From Candidatus Latescibacterota bacterium (GTDB taxonomy: Bacteria > Latescibacterota > CBDEFO01), in the NCBI GenBank assembly GCA_965248755.1, contig OZ252149.1, positions 2,656,001 through 2,720,000 of the forward strand: a DNA stretch of 64,000 nucleotides. Direction: 5' to 3'. The notes under the pieces are model-generated. The model was not told where the DNA came from, ran no database searches, and worked only from the letters and a program-made list of their open reading frames with translations. Each line of letters opens with the position of its first letter. The stretch's first letter is position 1. The translations under genes were made by a program, and so were the position numbers. Shown in pieces: positions 30,846-40,607 of this stretch.

Positions 30846-31310
30846 ATGTCGGCACAAATAATATTGATGTCTCACGTCGCCTTTGGACTTTTGGGAATAC
30901 TTGCAGCTATGTGGATATTTGTGGAGGTCCTAAATGTCACTTATCGCAACAAAGACAGGATAAGATATATGAGCATGGCAGTGGCCGTCTTTGTGTGGGC
31001 TTCGTTCCTGCTCGGAGGGTATTGGTATATGAATTACTACGGAGATGACAAGGCTATAATAAAGGCCGGCCCCTGGCCGTGGGCGCACTTGTTTTTCATG
31101 GAGGCAAAGGAGCACCTGGCCTTCATGTGGCTTCTACTCGGGACGTACCTGCCGATTGCAGTCAACGATAACCGCCCGCTTCCTGAAAGAGGTGCCCGGA
31201 CTCTGACGTTAACAGTTACAGGATTGATCGTACTTTTGGGACTTACAATGGAAGGATTCGGAGCCGTAATAAGCCTTGCGGTCAAGACGGGGCTATTAGG
31301 GGGTGACTGA
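30846..31310 (+). CDS. Four-TM membrane protein with His residues
   Basis: Hydrophobic helices; SHVAFG, WAHLFFMEAKEH. Confidence 0.7.
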   Translation: MSAQIILMSHVAFGLLGILAAMWIFVEVLNVTYRNKDRIRYMSMAVAVFVWASFLLGGYWYMNYYGDDKAIIKAGPWPWAHLFFMEAKEHLAFMWLLLGTYLPIAVNDNRPLPERGARTLTLTVTGLIVLLGLTMEGFGAVISLAVKTGLLGGD

Positions 31311-31632
31311 AATATCCCACAAGAAAAGCGGGAAATACGCCTCAGGATTCGGACTGTCGTTTGTGATGGCGAGCCTGTTCAATGCACTCGTTGTGGTTTT
31401 AAAGGACACGGATGAAGCGCTGAAGGCCTGCATGAAAACCTTCATCGGTCACCACTGGGTAACTCACGGACTCTTAGTCCTGACGCTGTTTATAGTGTTA
31501 GGTCTTGTACTTTCTAACATTAAGGCCGAGGAAAAGTTAGCGTTGGACGCCAAGAAGATGCCCATAGCCATCACAGCGGCGACGCTCATCGGCGGGATAA
31601 TAATCGTAGGGTTCTACTTGACGCGTTTATGA
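31303..31632 (+). CDS. Small three-TM membrane protein (GHHWVTHG)
   Basis: Overlaps the upstream gene by 8 nt; hydrophobic. Confidence 0.7.
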   Translation: MTEISHKKSGKYASGFGLSFVMASLFNALVVVLKDTDEALKACMKTFIGHHWVTHGLLVLTLFIVLGLVLSNIKAEEKLALDAKKMPIAITAATLIGGIIIVGFYLTRL

Positions 31633-31686
31633 CATGAATAGCCATTCCAAATCCAGAATGTCTTCATTTTCATATAGGAGGTTGCT

Positions 31687-32532
31687 ATCGATACGCCACC
31701 CATTGATGATCGAGACTGGTCGGCATTAACCCTCGGAGAGCGTATTGGCCAGATCGAAGTCGAGGGCTATCTTGCACTGCCTGATCTGCTAACAGCCGAG
31801 CATATCTCACGGCTTAAGGCCGAAACCGCTGAATTGGAAACCCAACCTGTGGATTACAGTGTATACCAGCGGGGATGCCCAAACATTCAGTTTGTGGGCG
31901 GTGCTATTACAGAGTTAGCTGCCCACCAACCGACAATATCCTTTCTACGGGAGCTCTTCGGCGATGAAATTATCACTATGTCCTACGGCTACGCCCGTTC
32001 CGAACCCGGTCATCCTGGCATCAGTCTGCATGCAGATGGACAACCTTACGGTACGAAGATCTTCGGCTACGAGGGCAGTGTACCCTTTATGGTAAGGGTG
32101 CTGTACTATCTTGAGGACCTCACGCCAGAAGTATCCCCGTTTCGAGTAGTGCCCCGATCTCACCTCTGCATGCACGCCGATGCAAATCCGTACAAACGGT
32201 ACGAGTCACACCCTGAGGAGGTGATGGTTCCGTTGAAAGCTGGTTCGGCGATGCTTATTAACCATCGGGTTTTTCACGGCAACTACCCCAATACCGGGGA
32301 TTGGGCACGTGAGATGCTGGCAATTGCCTATCGTCCAGCGTGGGCAGGTCCGATTGAGGAGGTATCTACTTGGGATCCGGACGATCTGGCCAAGTTGCCA
32401 GATGCCCTGCGTCAGTTGTATGCCGATCGCAATACTCGTCACTGGGATTTCCACGGTGGCAACAAACCTCCCAATATGGCGAGCGAAGCTCCGGGTATGA
32501 ACCCCAGCCGTTGGGAAGACAAGACGGATTAG
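31687..32532 (+). CDS. Phytanoyl-CoA dioxygenase (PhyH) family Fe/2OG enzyme
   Basis: IEVEGYLALPDLL, LHADG, VVPRSH, HRVFHG; frame starts at ATC after AGGAGG. Confidence 0.8.
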   Translation: MDTPPIDDRDWSALTLGERIGQIEVEGYLALPDLLTAEHISRLKAETAELETQPVDYSVYQRGCPNIQFVGGAITELAAHQPTISFLRELFGDEIITMSYGYARSEPGHPGISLHADGQPYGTKIFGYEGSVPFMVRVLYYLEDLTPEVSPFRVVPRSHLCMHADANPYKRYESHPEEVMVPLKAGSAMLINHRVFHGNYPNTGDWAREMLAIAYRPAWAGPIEEVSTWDPDDLAKLPDALRQLYADRNTRHWDFHGGNKPPNMASEAPGMNPSRWEDKTD

Positions 32533-32567
32533 CAATTGGGCTACTTCATCGTTCAGTAGGAGGAAAA

Positions 32568-33230
32568 ATGAGACTTATCCTGGTCGGATGCGAGTATGCA
32601 GGTAAGACGACGTTAGTCAGCCAGATTAAGCAGTGGATTGAACGCACAATGGGACCCACTCGCGGTTTTCACGATCACTTTACCGTCCCGATGTCTGACG
32701 TTTCAGAGAAGGAACAGGAACAATTCCTGTCGTTGTCTCCTCGACTCCAAGAGATGTTCCAACGCTACATGATTGAATATCATCTCCAGCCCGCGTTCTA
32801 TAGCTACCCTGATCACCTCCTGGTCGGCTTCCACATCGAGGAAGCGGTATATGCCCCTCTCTATTACGGCTACGGTAGGGAAGGCGAGTACACCGGGCGC
32901 ACGACTTATGCCAGAAACCGGGAGAAAGACATTATGGAAGCGGTGCCAGATACCGTGCTTATCTTAATTAGAGCTGAGGCTCAGGTCATCGCCAAACGGA
33001 TGAGGGAGAACGCCCACCCACGAGGGGTGGTGCAGGAGAAGGACATTCCCCACGTTCTGCAAAGGTTTGAGGAAGAGTGTCAAAGTTCGCTGATCGGCAA
33101 TCAGTTCGCTCTGGACAGCACAACAGCTACGGTGGAGGAGACGCTAAAGGAATTTGTGGCACAGATCGAGCCTTATCTAACGGACACCGACCGCCTGCGG
33201 ATTTTGACCCGTCGTACCTTGCAGAAGTAG
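32568..33230 (+). CDS. P-loop nucleotide-kinase-like protein
   Basis: AGGAGG RBS; ILVGCEYAGKTT Walker A. Confidence 0.75.
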   Translation: MRLILVGCEYAGKTTLVSQIKQWIERTMGPTRGFHDHFTVPMSDVSEKEQEQFLSLSPRLQEMFQRYMIEYHLQPAFYSYPDHLLVGFHIEEAVYAPLYYGYGREGEYTGRTTYARNREKDIMEAVPDTVLILIRAEAQVIAKRMRENAHPRGVVQEKDIPHVLQRFEEECQSSLIGNQFALDSTTATVEETLKEFVAQIEPYLTDTDRLRILTRRTLQK

Positions 33231-33467
33231 GGATAGGATAAGGAGACATTGACCTTAACCGGATGCGAGATGTGGGCCTTGCTGCCGGGAAAGTCGGATA
33301 AGGAGGGACATACAAAGATCTCAGAGATACTGCCAGAGCAAGGGAAATGAGAATAGAGAACTATGTTGACATGTTTTCATCTTTTCTTCCTTAAGATTCT
33401 GACGCATGTATCGACACGCAAACAATATTAGCAAGTAACGTAACTTGAGAAGATTGGAGATTAAACT

Positions 33468-34229
33468 ATGGCAAATAAGAAAGTCCTGATCACCGGCATG
33501 AGTGGCCTGATCGGCGGCGTTGTACGCCAGCATTTAGAGGGTCAATATGAGATGAGCGCGCTGAACCGAAGCGATGTGCCGGGGATCGCATGCCATCGGG
33601 CAGACATCTCCGATCTGGAGGCAATTTTGCCCGCGTTTGAAGGGAAGGATACAGTCGTACACCTGGCGGCGGCGCTCTCAATGAGACATGCATCCTGGGA
33701 TGAGGTTGTTCCCCACAATGTGATTGGAACCTACAATGTCTTTGAGGCATCCCGCCGGTCAGGAGTTAAACGGATCATCTTCGCCAGCAGCGGAGCCGCC
33801 ACATCGGGGTACGAGCAGGAGATGCCGTACAGCGCACTGGCCGAGGGGCGCTACGACGAGGTGCCGGAGACCTGGGAGAAGTTGACCCATCAGTCGCTGA
33901 CACGGCCGAACGATCTCTACGGCTGCAGCAAGGTCTGGGGGGAGACTCTGGCCAGATACTTCACGGACACCTCTGATCTTTCTATCATCTGTCTGCGCCT
34001 CGGCGCAGTCAACAGCGTAGACCGCCCGTTTGAGCCCCGACACTTTTCGGTCTGGTGCAGCCAGCGCGACATCGTACAACTGGTGGAACGGTGTATCGAG
34101 GCGCCCGACAGCCTCCGGTTCGATATCTTTTACGCTGTGTCGAACAACAAGTGGAGCTACCGCGATGTGGAACACGCTCGCGAGGTGCTCGGCTTTGTGC
34201 CTCAGGATGCGGCTGAAGATCATCGTTAA
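33468..34229 (+). CDS. NAD-dependent epimerase/dehydrogenase (uronate dehydrogenase-like)
   Basis: ITGMSGLIG, VHLAA, FASS, YGCSK, CLRLG. Confidence 0.88.
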   Translation: MANKKVLITGMSGLIGGVVRQHLEGQYEMSALNRSDVPGIACHRADISDLEAILPAFEGKDTVVHLAAALSMRHASWDEVVPHNVIGTYNVFEASRRSGVKRIIFASSGAATSGYEQEMPYSALAEGRYDEVPETWEKLTHQSLTRPNDLYGCSKVWGETLARYFTDTSDLSIICLRLGAVNSVDRPFEPRHFSVWCSQRDIVQLVERCIEAPDSLRFDIFYAVSNNKWSYRDVEHAREVLGFVPQDAAEDHR

Positions 34230-34462
34230 GATCCCATTGCTAAAAATCCATTGGCCCATTTTGGCAATCCTTGAACTTCGCCGAGATCTCGGCGAACAGG
34301 AGGTTGAGGGCACTGATTGGTTGCCAAGAAAGTGGGGGCATCCTCTGCGGGAACTGCTCACCGACCAGGAAAATCGGGGCATTCTGCCAGAAGACAAAGG
34401 AGCTGGGGCTGACCATCTTCGTCATCTGCGCGAGCAGCATCACCTGAAGGAATCCGTTGGTC

Positions 34463-34518
34463 TCCGATTGGATCACCGATTGAGTCTACCCCCGATTGAA
34501 CCTATCGGGGGGGATCGA
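34463..34518. repeat. Multiply nested palindromic repeats
   Basis: TCCGATTGGATC-ACCGATTGAGT-CTAC-CCCCGATTGAACCTATCGGGG-GGGATCG. Confidence 0.65.
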
Positions 34519-34565
34519 GTGCTAAATCTGACTCGACACTATTTGGACTCCAAGAAGAAAAAGAG

Positions 34566-34602
34566 AAGCACTTAGCGTGGATGTAAGCTCTTCTAAGTGC
34601 TT
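34566..34602 (-). terminator. Hairpin downstream of the tRNA
   Basis: AAGCACTTAG..CTAAGTGCTT inverted repeat followed by a T-rich run on the minus strand. Confidence 0.45.
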
Positions 34603-34624
34603 TACTTCAGCGAAGATATAGGGA

Positions 34625-34697
34625 AGCCGGCGATCGGACTCGAACCGATGACCTGCTCATTACGAGTGAGCTGCTCTCCCAGCTGAGCTACGCCGGC
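34625..34697 (-). tRNA. tRNA-Thr(CGT)
   Basis: GCCGGCG acceptor stem, AGCTCAGCTGGGAGAGC D arm, GCTCA-CTCGTAA-TGAGC anticodon arm, GGTTCGAGTCC T arm. Confidence 0.96.
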
Positions 34698-35064
34698 ATT
34701 ATCTTACCAAACAATAGGTAGTACACAGGACACCTCCTCCCCTGCACGCTCTCTACCTGTTGTGCACCTCATCCGCACTCAATGATTATGACCATAGCAA
34801 TCAATGCCCCCGTGATCACAGAGAAGATAGTGCGATTCTTCCAGTTAGGCTCAGCGGTCTCCACGATCAAGTGCAGCAGATAGTCTATTAAGCGTACAAG
34901 AATGTGGTGGCGGGCTCCAAAAGATTTCATCACATCTTTTCCCCAGAAAGCTCTTCGACCACTTCCTGTTCCCTGAAGAAAGGGCTGGCAGAAATACACG
35001 CAGTACCCACAAGACCTTTTTGGGGCCCCATCTGGCTTGAAGACTCTCCAACGATCATAGATAT

Positions 35065-35394
35065 TCAGTCATCTGTCCCTCGGTGGAGGTGACCTTTTCG
35101 CTTTTTGCCCTTGAGTTCGTCTTCTAAGTAGATTCCCCTGAATTCCTCGTCATAGACCTCGAGGATCGTATGTTCGTCACCAATTTTGGTGCACACAAGG
35201 TCGCCAGGGCCCACATCATATTCGACTCCTTCTGTTAGAATGCGGGCTCGACCGTCTATGATCAGCCAAGATTCGTTGCAGTCGTGATAGTGCAGTTCTA
35301 TATCCTGACCCTTCGTGAGCGTGAATACACCGTAGGAACTTAATGAAACCCAGTCGGGTTTAGAATCTGTATCCCCTCGTTTGACAACAGGCAT
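35065..35394 (-). CDS. Cupin domain protein
   Basis: LHYHDCNESW..GDEH. Confidence 0.85.
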   Translation of the reverse strand: MPVVKRGDTDSKPDWVSLSSYGVFTLTKGQDIELHYHDCNESWLIIDGRARILTEGVEYDVGPGDLVCTKIGDEHTILEVYDEEFRGIYLEDELKGKKRKGHLHRGTDD

Positions 35395-35725
35395 TTTACC
35401 CCCTTTGCATCTTTTCCCAGAGAGTTCTCCGATAGCCCATAAACGTCAAAAAATACGTTCACTTCTATGTCTGTTGCTCATTATTAAAGTACTATATTGA
35501 GAAGACAAAATCAAGTTAAAACTTAGATGCGACCAAAACTGTTTACAAATAACAGCTATTAGCATTTTTCTTGACAGAGCCTATCGATTTTCTTATCATG
35601 TCTTGATCGGGCTCAACATCTTATGCGTCATCACGAAGCATATCGTTGATCTTATTTTCCCCATGCGGCTCGCAAGGACAAAGTTTTTCAATACTTCTTG
35701 CGGAACCTCAAGAAAGGAACATCTA

Positions 35726-35953
35726 ATGGCAAAGTCCCTTTGGGATAAATTTATGGAAAGCCTTACAGAGGAAGAAAAAGATATATGGGAAAGGTGGGAG
35801 GAAGCTACACAAGAGACACCTGATGAGTTGTCGAAAGACGAGAGGCTAGCGGCAGCAAGTGGCGGGATTACGTCAGAGGATATGAAAGTGCTGGACAGAT
35901 TGAGAGAAAGATGGGAAGAGTTGATGTGGAAGGATCTCGAGGATGAAGATTAG
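35726..35953 (+). CDS. Small acidic hypothetical protein
   Basis: AAGGA RBS, ATG 35726, Glu/Trp-rich helical sequence. Confidence 0.6.
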   Translation: MAKSLWDKFMESLTEEEKDIWERWEEATQETPDELSKDERLAAASGGITSEDMKVLDRLRERWEELMWKDLEDED

Positions 35954-36015
35954 TCAAGTCAAACACATTTCATGTTGCTATTTTCCAAAGAGTCGTGTGC
36001 AGAAGATAGGAGGAG

Positions 36016-37309
36016 ATGATGAACGTTATTTTCATCGCTGTAGACTCGTTACGGCAGGATCATGGCTGTAGACTCGTTACGGCAGGATCATGTAAGTTTC
36101 TACGGCTGGGACAATTGCCCTTTGGAGACACCCAACTTCGACAGGTTTGCAAGGGAGAGCATCGTCTTTTAAAACTGCTATCATGAGGCGCTTCCCTATC
36201 GCCCCTGGCAACCCTTAACCAAAGAGGACAGGACAGTTGCCACCATACTTTCAGAAGAAGGCTATCTAACCTCCCTTTTTACCGATTGCTACCATTATTT
36301 TAAACCGAACTGTAATTTCCACCGGGATTTTAGGGTGTGGAGATGGATTCGGGAGCAGGAGTATGATGCCTATCGTTCAGGACCTTTGAAAAAATTCAAG
36401 CTCCAAGATTTCATCAACGACAAATTCCCTGACCGCGCCAAAGGCGGAATGATCTGGCGTAATCTGGTGGAGACGTGTCTGATTAACATCGAACCGTTCG
36501 AGACGGCTGATGATCACTTCTGCGCTCAGTTGGTCTCTCAAGCCTCCGAGTGGCTTGAGGGTACTGAGGGAAACGACAGAGAGATATTTATGTGGGTCGA
36601 CTCTTTCGATCCGCATGAACCCTGGACGCCGCCGTCAGAATTCGATAAATATACCGACCCGGATTACAAAGGGAAACGATACATTTTGCCGCCTGGTGGT
36701 CCTTCTTCGGATTACTTCACAGAAGAGGAGATAAACTGCATACGCGGTTTATACGCAGGAGAGGTAGCCTACGTGGATCATTATATAGGCAAACTGTTAT
36801 ACAAACTCGAGGAGTTGGGCTATTTCTATAACTCCCTCATAATCCTTATTTCAGATCATGGACATCCGCTCTCAGATCACGGTAAATTCCTCAAGGGTCC
36901 AGACAGGATGTACAACGAATTGTTGAAAGTGATGTTTATGATCCGCTTTCCGAAGGCAGAGTACGGTGGACAGAGATTGGACGCACTATCTCAGTTCCAC
37001 GACATCCTCCCTACAATCCTGGATGTGATAGAGCTTAGGAATAACCTTGAGACACTTCAGGGACGGAGCCTGATGCCCCTGATAAAAGGTGAGACAAAAG
37101 AGTGAAGAGAGGCGATCGTTACGGGTTATCACGACGCGGCTGCCCGCTGTATCAGAGACAAGGTATGGAGCTATATTCGCCGCCCTGATCCCGACCCCAA
37201 CGAGTTGTACAACCTCATGTACGACCCTGGCGAAAGGGTGAATCTCATAGACGATTATCCGCAGGAGGCTGTCAAATTGGCGTCGCTATTCGGATCGGCG
37301 GCTGAATAA
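36016..37309 (+). pseudogene. Sulfatase pseudogene
   Basis: NVIFIAVDSLRQDH, TPNFD, DPHEPW, ISDHG; 28-bp tandem duplication, premature TAA, missing CxPxR segment, frameshift near 37103. Confidence 0.85.
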
Positions 37310-37400
37310 AAAAGAGGGAATCGCTGAATTTAGAATATATAAAGGCCATCTAACAAAAAGGTCGGAGGCCTTCTTCTTTCTTACGGAAAGTGAGTTAAAG

Positions 37401-40400
37401 ATGAAACGGTTACTAATTTTCCTGAGCACGGTGTTTGTTCCGCTTTCGTTTTGGGCTGAGCTTAACGCCGGAGTAAGGATCAATGAAATTCTCTTTAAGC
37501 CTTCAGGCGGGGTACAAAAGATAGAGTTTTTCAACGAAGATCTTGTCTCTGCTAATATCGGTGGACAGTGGCTCTGCATGAATCAGAGCTATCGGTCGAC
37601 AAGTGGAACTGTCCCTCCGTTGGGATTCCTGGTTATAGACGCCCCGATAACGCTCAACTTGTCAAACCAGGATGTGGCTTACTACGTAAACAGTTCTTTT
37701 TCCAATCCGTCGTCTGTTATCGATTACGTGAAATGGGGATCGCCTTTTTTTAACAGAACGTTCGAAGCAGTGTCTGGAGACAAATGGTCGAGCCTCTCGG
37801 ATACGATTGACCCCGCAAGTGTGCCGACCGGACAGTCTATTCAGTACGTAGGACCTGATGGAAGCTTCCGTAAGTCATCATCGGACTGGATAGTCGCCGC
37901 TCCGACATTAGGCTCTGCCAATCCTAGTCCTGGCCCAGATATTAACGTCTCCCCGACGAGCATAAGTTACGGTAATGTACTGATAGGCAGCGGTTCGAAT
38001 GGTACGATTGTGATAAGTAACTTAGGCGATGATAATTTAGTCTTAGGCTCTCTGTCTTTCATAGGCACAAATGCAGGTGAGTTTTCTATTGCTGTCTCTC
38101 CCAGTTCGACTATCACTCCGGGGAACAGCACTAATACTACTGTTAGGTTCTCACCTTCGTCGAGTGGAACAAAGTCTGCCACTTTGGTCATCCCGAGCAA
38201 TGATCCTGATGAAAGTACTGTATCTGTCTCTTTAACAGGTGCGGGTCTTGCATCCGATATTGATGTCTCTCCAACGAGCATAAATTACGGTGGTGTTCAA
38301 GTAGGCAGTAGCTCGAATAGTACGATATTGATTAGGAACCTGGGCAATGCGAATTTACTCTTGGGGTCTCTGTCTTTCACAGGCACTAATGCAGGTGAGT
38401 TTTCTATTGCTGTTTCTCCCAGCTCGACTATCACTCCGGGGAGCAGCACTAATACTACTGTTAGGTTCTCACCTTCGTCGAGTGGAACAAAGTCTGCCAC
38501 TTTGGTCATCCCGAGCAATGATCCTGATGAAAGTACTGTATCTGTCTCTTTAACAGGTGCGGGTCTTGCATCCGATATTGATGTCTCTCCAACGAGCATA
38601 AATTACGGTGGTGTTCAAGTAGGCAGTAGCTCGAATAGTACGATATTGATTAGGAACCTGGGCAATGCGAATTTACTCTTGGGGTCTCTGTCTTTCACAG
38701 GCACTAATGCAGGTGAGTTTTCTATTGCTGTTTCTCCCAGCTCGACTATCACTCCGGGTAGCAGCACTAATACTACTGTGCGGTTTTCGCCTTCGTCGGT
38801 AGGTACAAAGTCAGCCACTTTGGTCATGCCGAGCAATGACCCTGATGAAAGTACTGTATCTGTCTCTTTGACAGGTGTGGGCCTTACGCCTGATATTGAC
38901 GTCTCTCCGACGAGCATAGATTACGGACTTGTTCTGGTAGGCGGGAGTGCTGACGATACGCTAAATATAAAGAATTTAGGCAATGCGAACTTAGTCTTAG
39001 GGACTCTGTCCTTTACGGGAACTGATGCAGATGAGTTTTTTATTGCTCTTTCTCCCAGTTCGACTATCACCCCCGGGAACAGCACTAATGCTGTTGTGAG
39101 GTTTTCACCTGGGTCGGTCGGTGCCAAGTCTGCCACTTTGCTCATTTCCAGCAATGACCCTGACGAAATTACTATAGCTACCCCTTTGACAGGTGTGGGT
39201 GGAGAGCTACAGAATATCGGGGTGTTAACAGACACGATAGATTTTGGGGATGTGAGCACTATCACCAGTTTTGCAGATAGGGAGTTAGTGATTTCCAATA
39301 CCGGTGATCTGCCTTTGGTGATCAATACTTTGACTATCACAGGAACTGATGCTGCGGCTTATACTCTCCTTGATACTCTGGATGGGCTTATTCTTCCTGC
39401 ACAAGTCGGGGTTGACACAGTTAGGATAAGATTCGAGCCTCCCGATGCGGGGTCTTTCACTGCGACTTTGAATATCTTCAGCAACGATCCTGATACACCG
39501 ATAAAAGGAGTCAACTTATTAGGTGTTGGAGTTGAGCCTGATATAGATGTGACTCCGTCTACTTTTGATTTCGGTCCTGTGGAGGTGGACAGCTTCAAGG
39601 TAGATACTTTGACGGTGAGCAATGTCGGGACGGATACCCTGAAGATTGACCCCTCCGGCGTCTTTACAGAGACACCCTGTTTGGATGCGTTCTTATTAGG
39701 TTCAGGAGTTATCCCTCCGGGCAGATTGACCCAGATAGTGGTACAGTTTTTCCCCGATTCTGTAGCAGTCTTTAGTGATACAGTGACAGTCATCAGCAAT
39801 GATCCTGACGGTGATTTTAGAGTTCCGCTGACTGGAACGGGCGTTGTTCCTCTGGTCGAGCTCACTCCGCCTGACACGCTTGTAATTGTAGACAGGATAG
39901 ATGATACACAGCCGACGATTAGAAATATAGTGGTCAGAAATCAGGGCGGCATCGGTTCTGTACTGGATGTGGTGTCTGTTACACTTGAGGATATAACGAG
40001 CGATCCCACCGCTACATTCTCTATAGATCCGTCTTCTGCAGCAATTCCTGCGCGATTAAGTGCGGGTTCGTCCATGAATATAACCATAGCTTTTGCGGCT
40101 GTCGATTCTGCCGATACTCTGGAGCCAAAGTTTGCAAGAGTGATAATCACAAGCGACGATCCCAAGGGCATTGACACAGTGATTGTAAAGGGAACAGCAG
40201 TGCCCGCTCCTTCTCCTAAGCCAAGGGTAGCGCCTGCTTCTTTGGATTTTGGAGGCGTTTTTGCAGGCGCATTTAAGGACGTACAGTTAGTCCTTGGAAA
40301 CGGGCCTGGCGGAGCAACGACAGACCCTCTTGCTGACACCACTTTTGTCATAATAGAGACTATTTTTAGCGGGGATCTTGACTTTTCAATTGTAGTACCT

Positions 40401-40607
40401 CCTCCATCTACTATCGCTTTCGGGGATAGTGCTACTGTAACCGTGAGGTATTCTGCTCCTGATACTCTATTTCCTGTTACAAACACAGGGACGTTGACAT
40501 TTGTAGATACAGTAAGCAACGCTTCTACAAGTATCCCTCTTCAGGGCAACACTGGCAATTCTTATTGTTACTCTTTCTGTGGATTCATTAGATTTCGGGG
40601 AGCATAA
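37401..40607 (+). CDS. Large secreted protein, N part: lamin-tail-like domain + ASH/choice-of-anchor-D Ig repeats
   Basis: Signal peptide, INEI..IEF.N; repeats DIDVSPTSI.YG.V..N.G..SNDPD. Confidence 0.8.
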   Translation: MKRLLIFLSTVFVPLSFWAELNAGVRINEILFKPSGGVQKIEFFNEDLVSANIGGQWLCMNQSYRSTSGTVPPLGFLVIDAPITLNLSNQDVAYYVNSSFSNPSSVIDYVKWGSPFFNRTFEAVSGDKWSSLSDTIDPASVPTGQSIQYVGPDGSFRKSSSDWIVAAPTLGSANPSPGPDINVSPTSISYGNVLIGSGSNGTIVISNLGDDNLVLGSLSFIGTNAGEFSIAVSPSSTITPGNSTNTTVRFSPSSSGTKSATLVIPSNDPDESTVSVSLTGAGLASDIDVSPTSINYGGVQVGSSSNSTILIRNLGNANLLLGSLSFTGTNAGEFSIAVSPSSTITPGSSTNTTVRFSPSSSGTKSATLVIPSNDPDESTVSVSLTGAGLASDIDVSPTSINYGGVQVGSSSNSTILIRNLGNANLLLGSLSFTGTNAGEFSIAVSPSSTITPGSSTNTTVRFSPSSVGTKSATLVMPSNDPDESTVSVSLTGVGLTPDIDVSPTSIDYGLVLVGGSADDTLNIKNLGNANLVLGTLSFTGTDADEFFIALSPSSTITPGNSTNAVVRFSPGSVGAKSATLLISSNDPDEITIATPLTGVGGELQNIGVLTDTIDFGDVSTITSFADRELVISNTGDLPLVINTLTITGTDAAAYTLLDTLDGLILPAQVGVDTVRIRFEPPDAGSFTATLNIFSNDPDTPIKGVNLLGVGVEPDIDVTPSTFDFGPVEVDSFKVDTLTVSNVGTDTLKIDPSGVFTETPCLDAFLLGSGVIPPGRLTQIVVQFFPDSVAVFSDTVTVISNDPDGDFRVPLTGTGVVPLVELTPPDTLVIVDRIDDTQPTIRNIVVRNQGGIGSVLDVVSVTLEDITSDPTATFSIDPSSAAIPARLSAGSSMNITIAFAAVDSADTLEPKFARVIITSDDPKGIDTVIVKGTAVPAPSPKPRVAPASLDFGGVFAGAFKDVQLVLGNGPGGATTDPLADTTFVIIETIFSGDLDFSIVVPPPSTIAFGDSATVTVRYSAPDTLFPVTNTGTLTFVDTVSNASTSIPLQGNTGNSYCYSFCGFIRFRGA
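37935..39206 (+). repeat. Four 318-bp (106-aa) tandem intragenic repeats
   Basis: Units start at 37935, 38253, 38571 and 38889; units 2 and 3 nearly identical. Confidence 0.9.

Noticed and set aside
34230..34700. Integrative element at tRNA-Thr
   Set aside because: No adjacent integrase and no duplicated tRNA 3' end seen in the window
37967..40519. Repeated minus-strand ORFs (MLVGETSISD..)
   Set aside because: Antisense shadows of the 318-bp coding repeats
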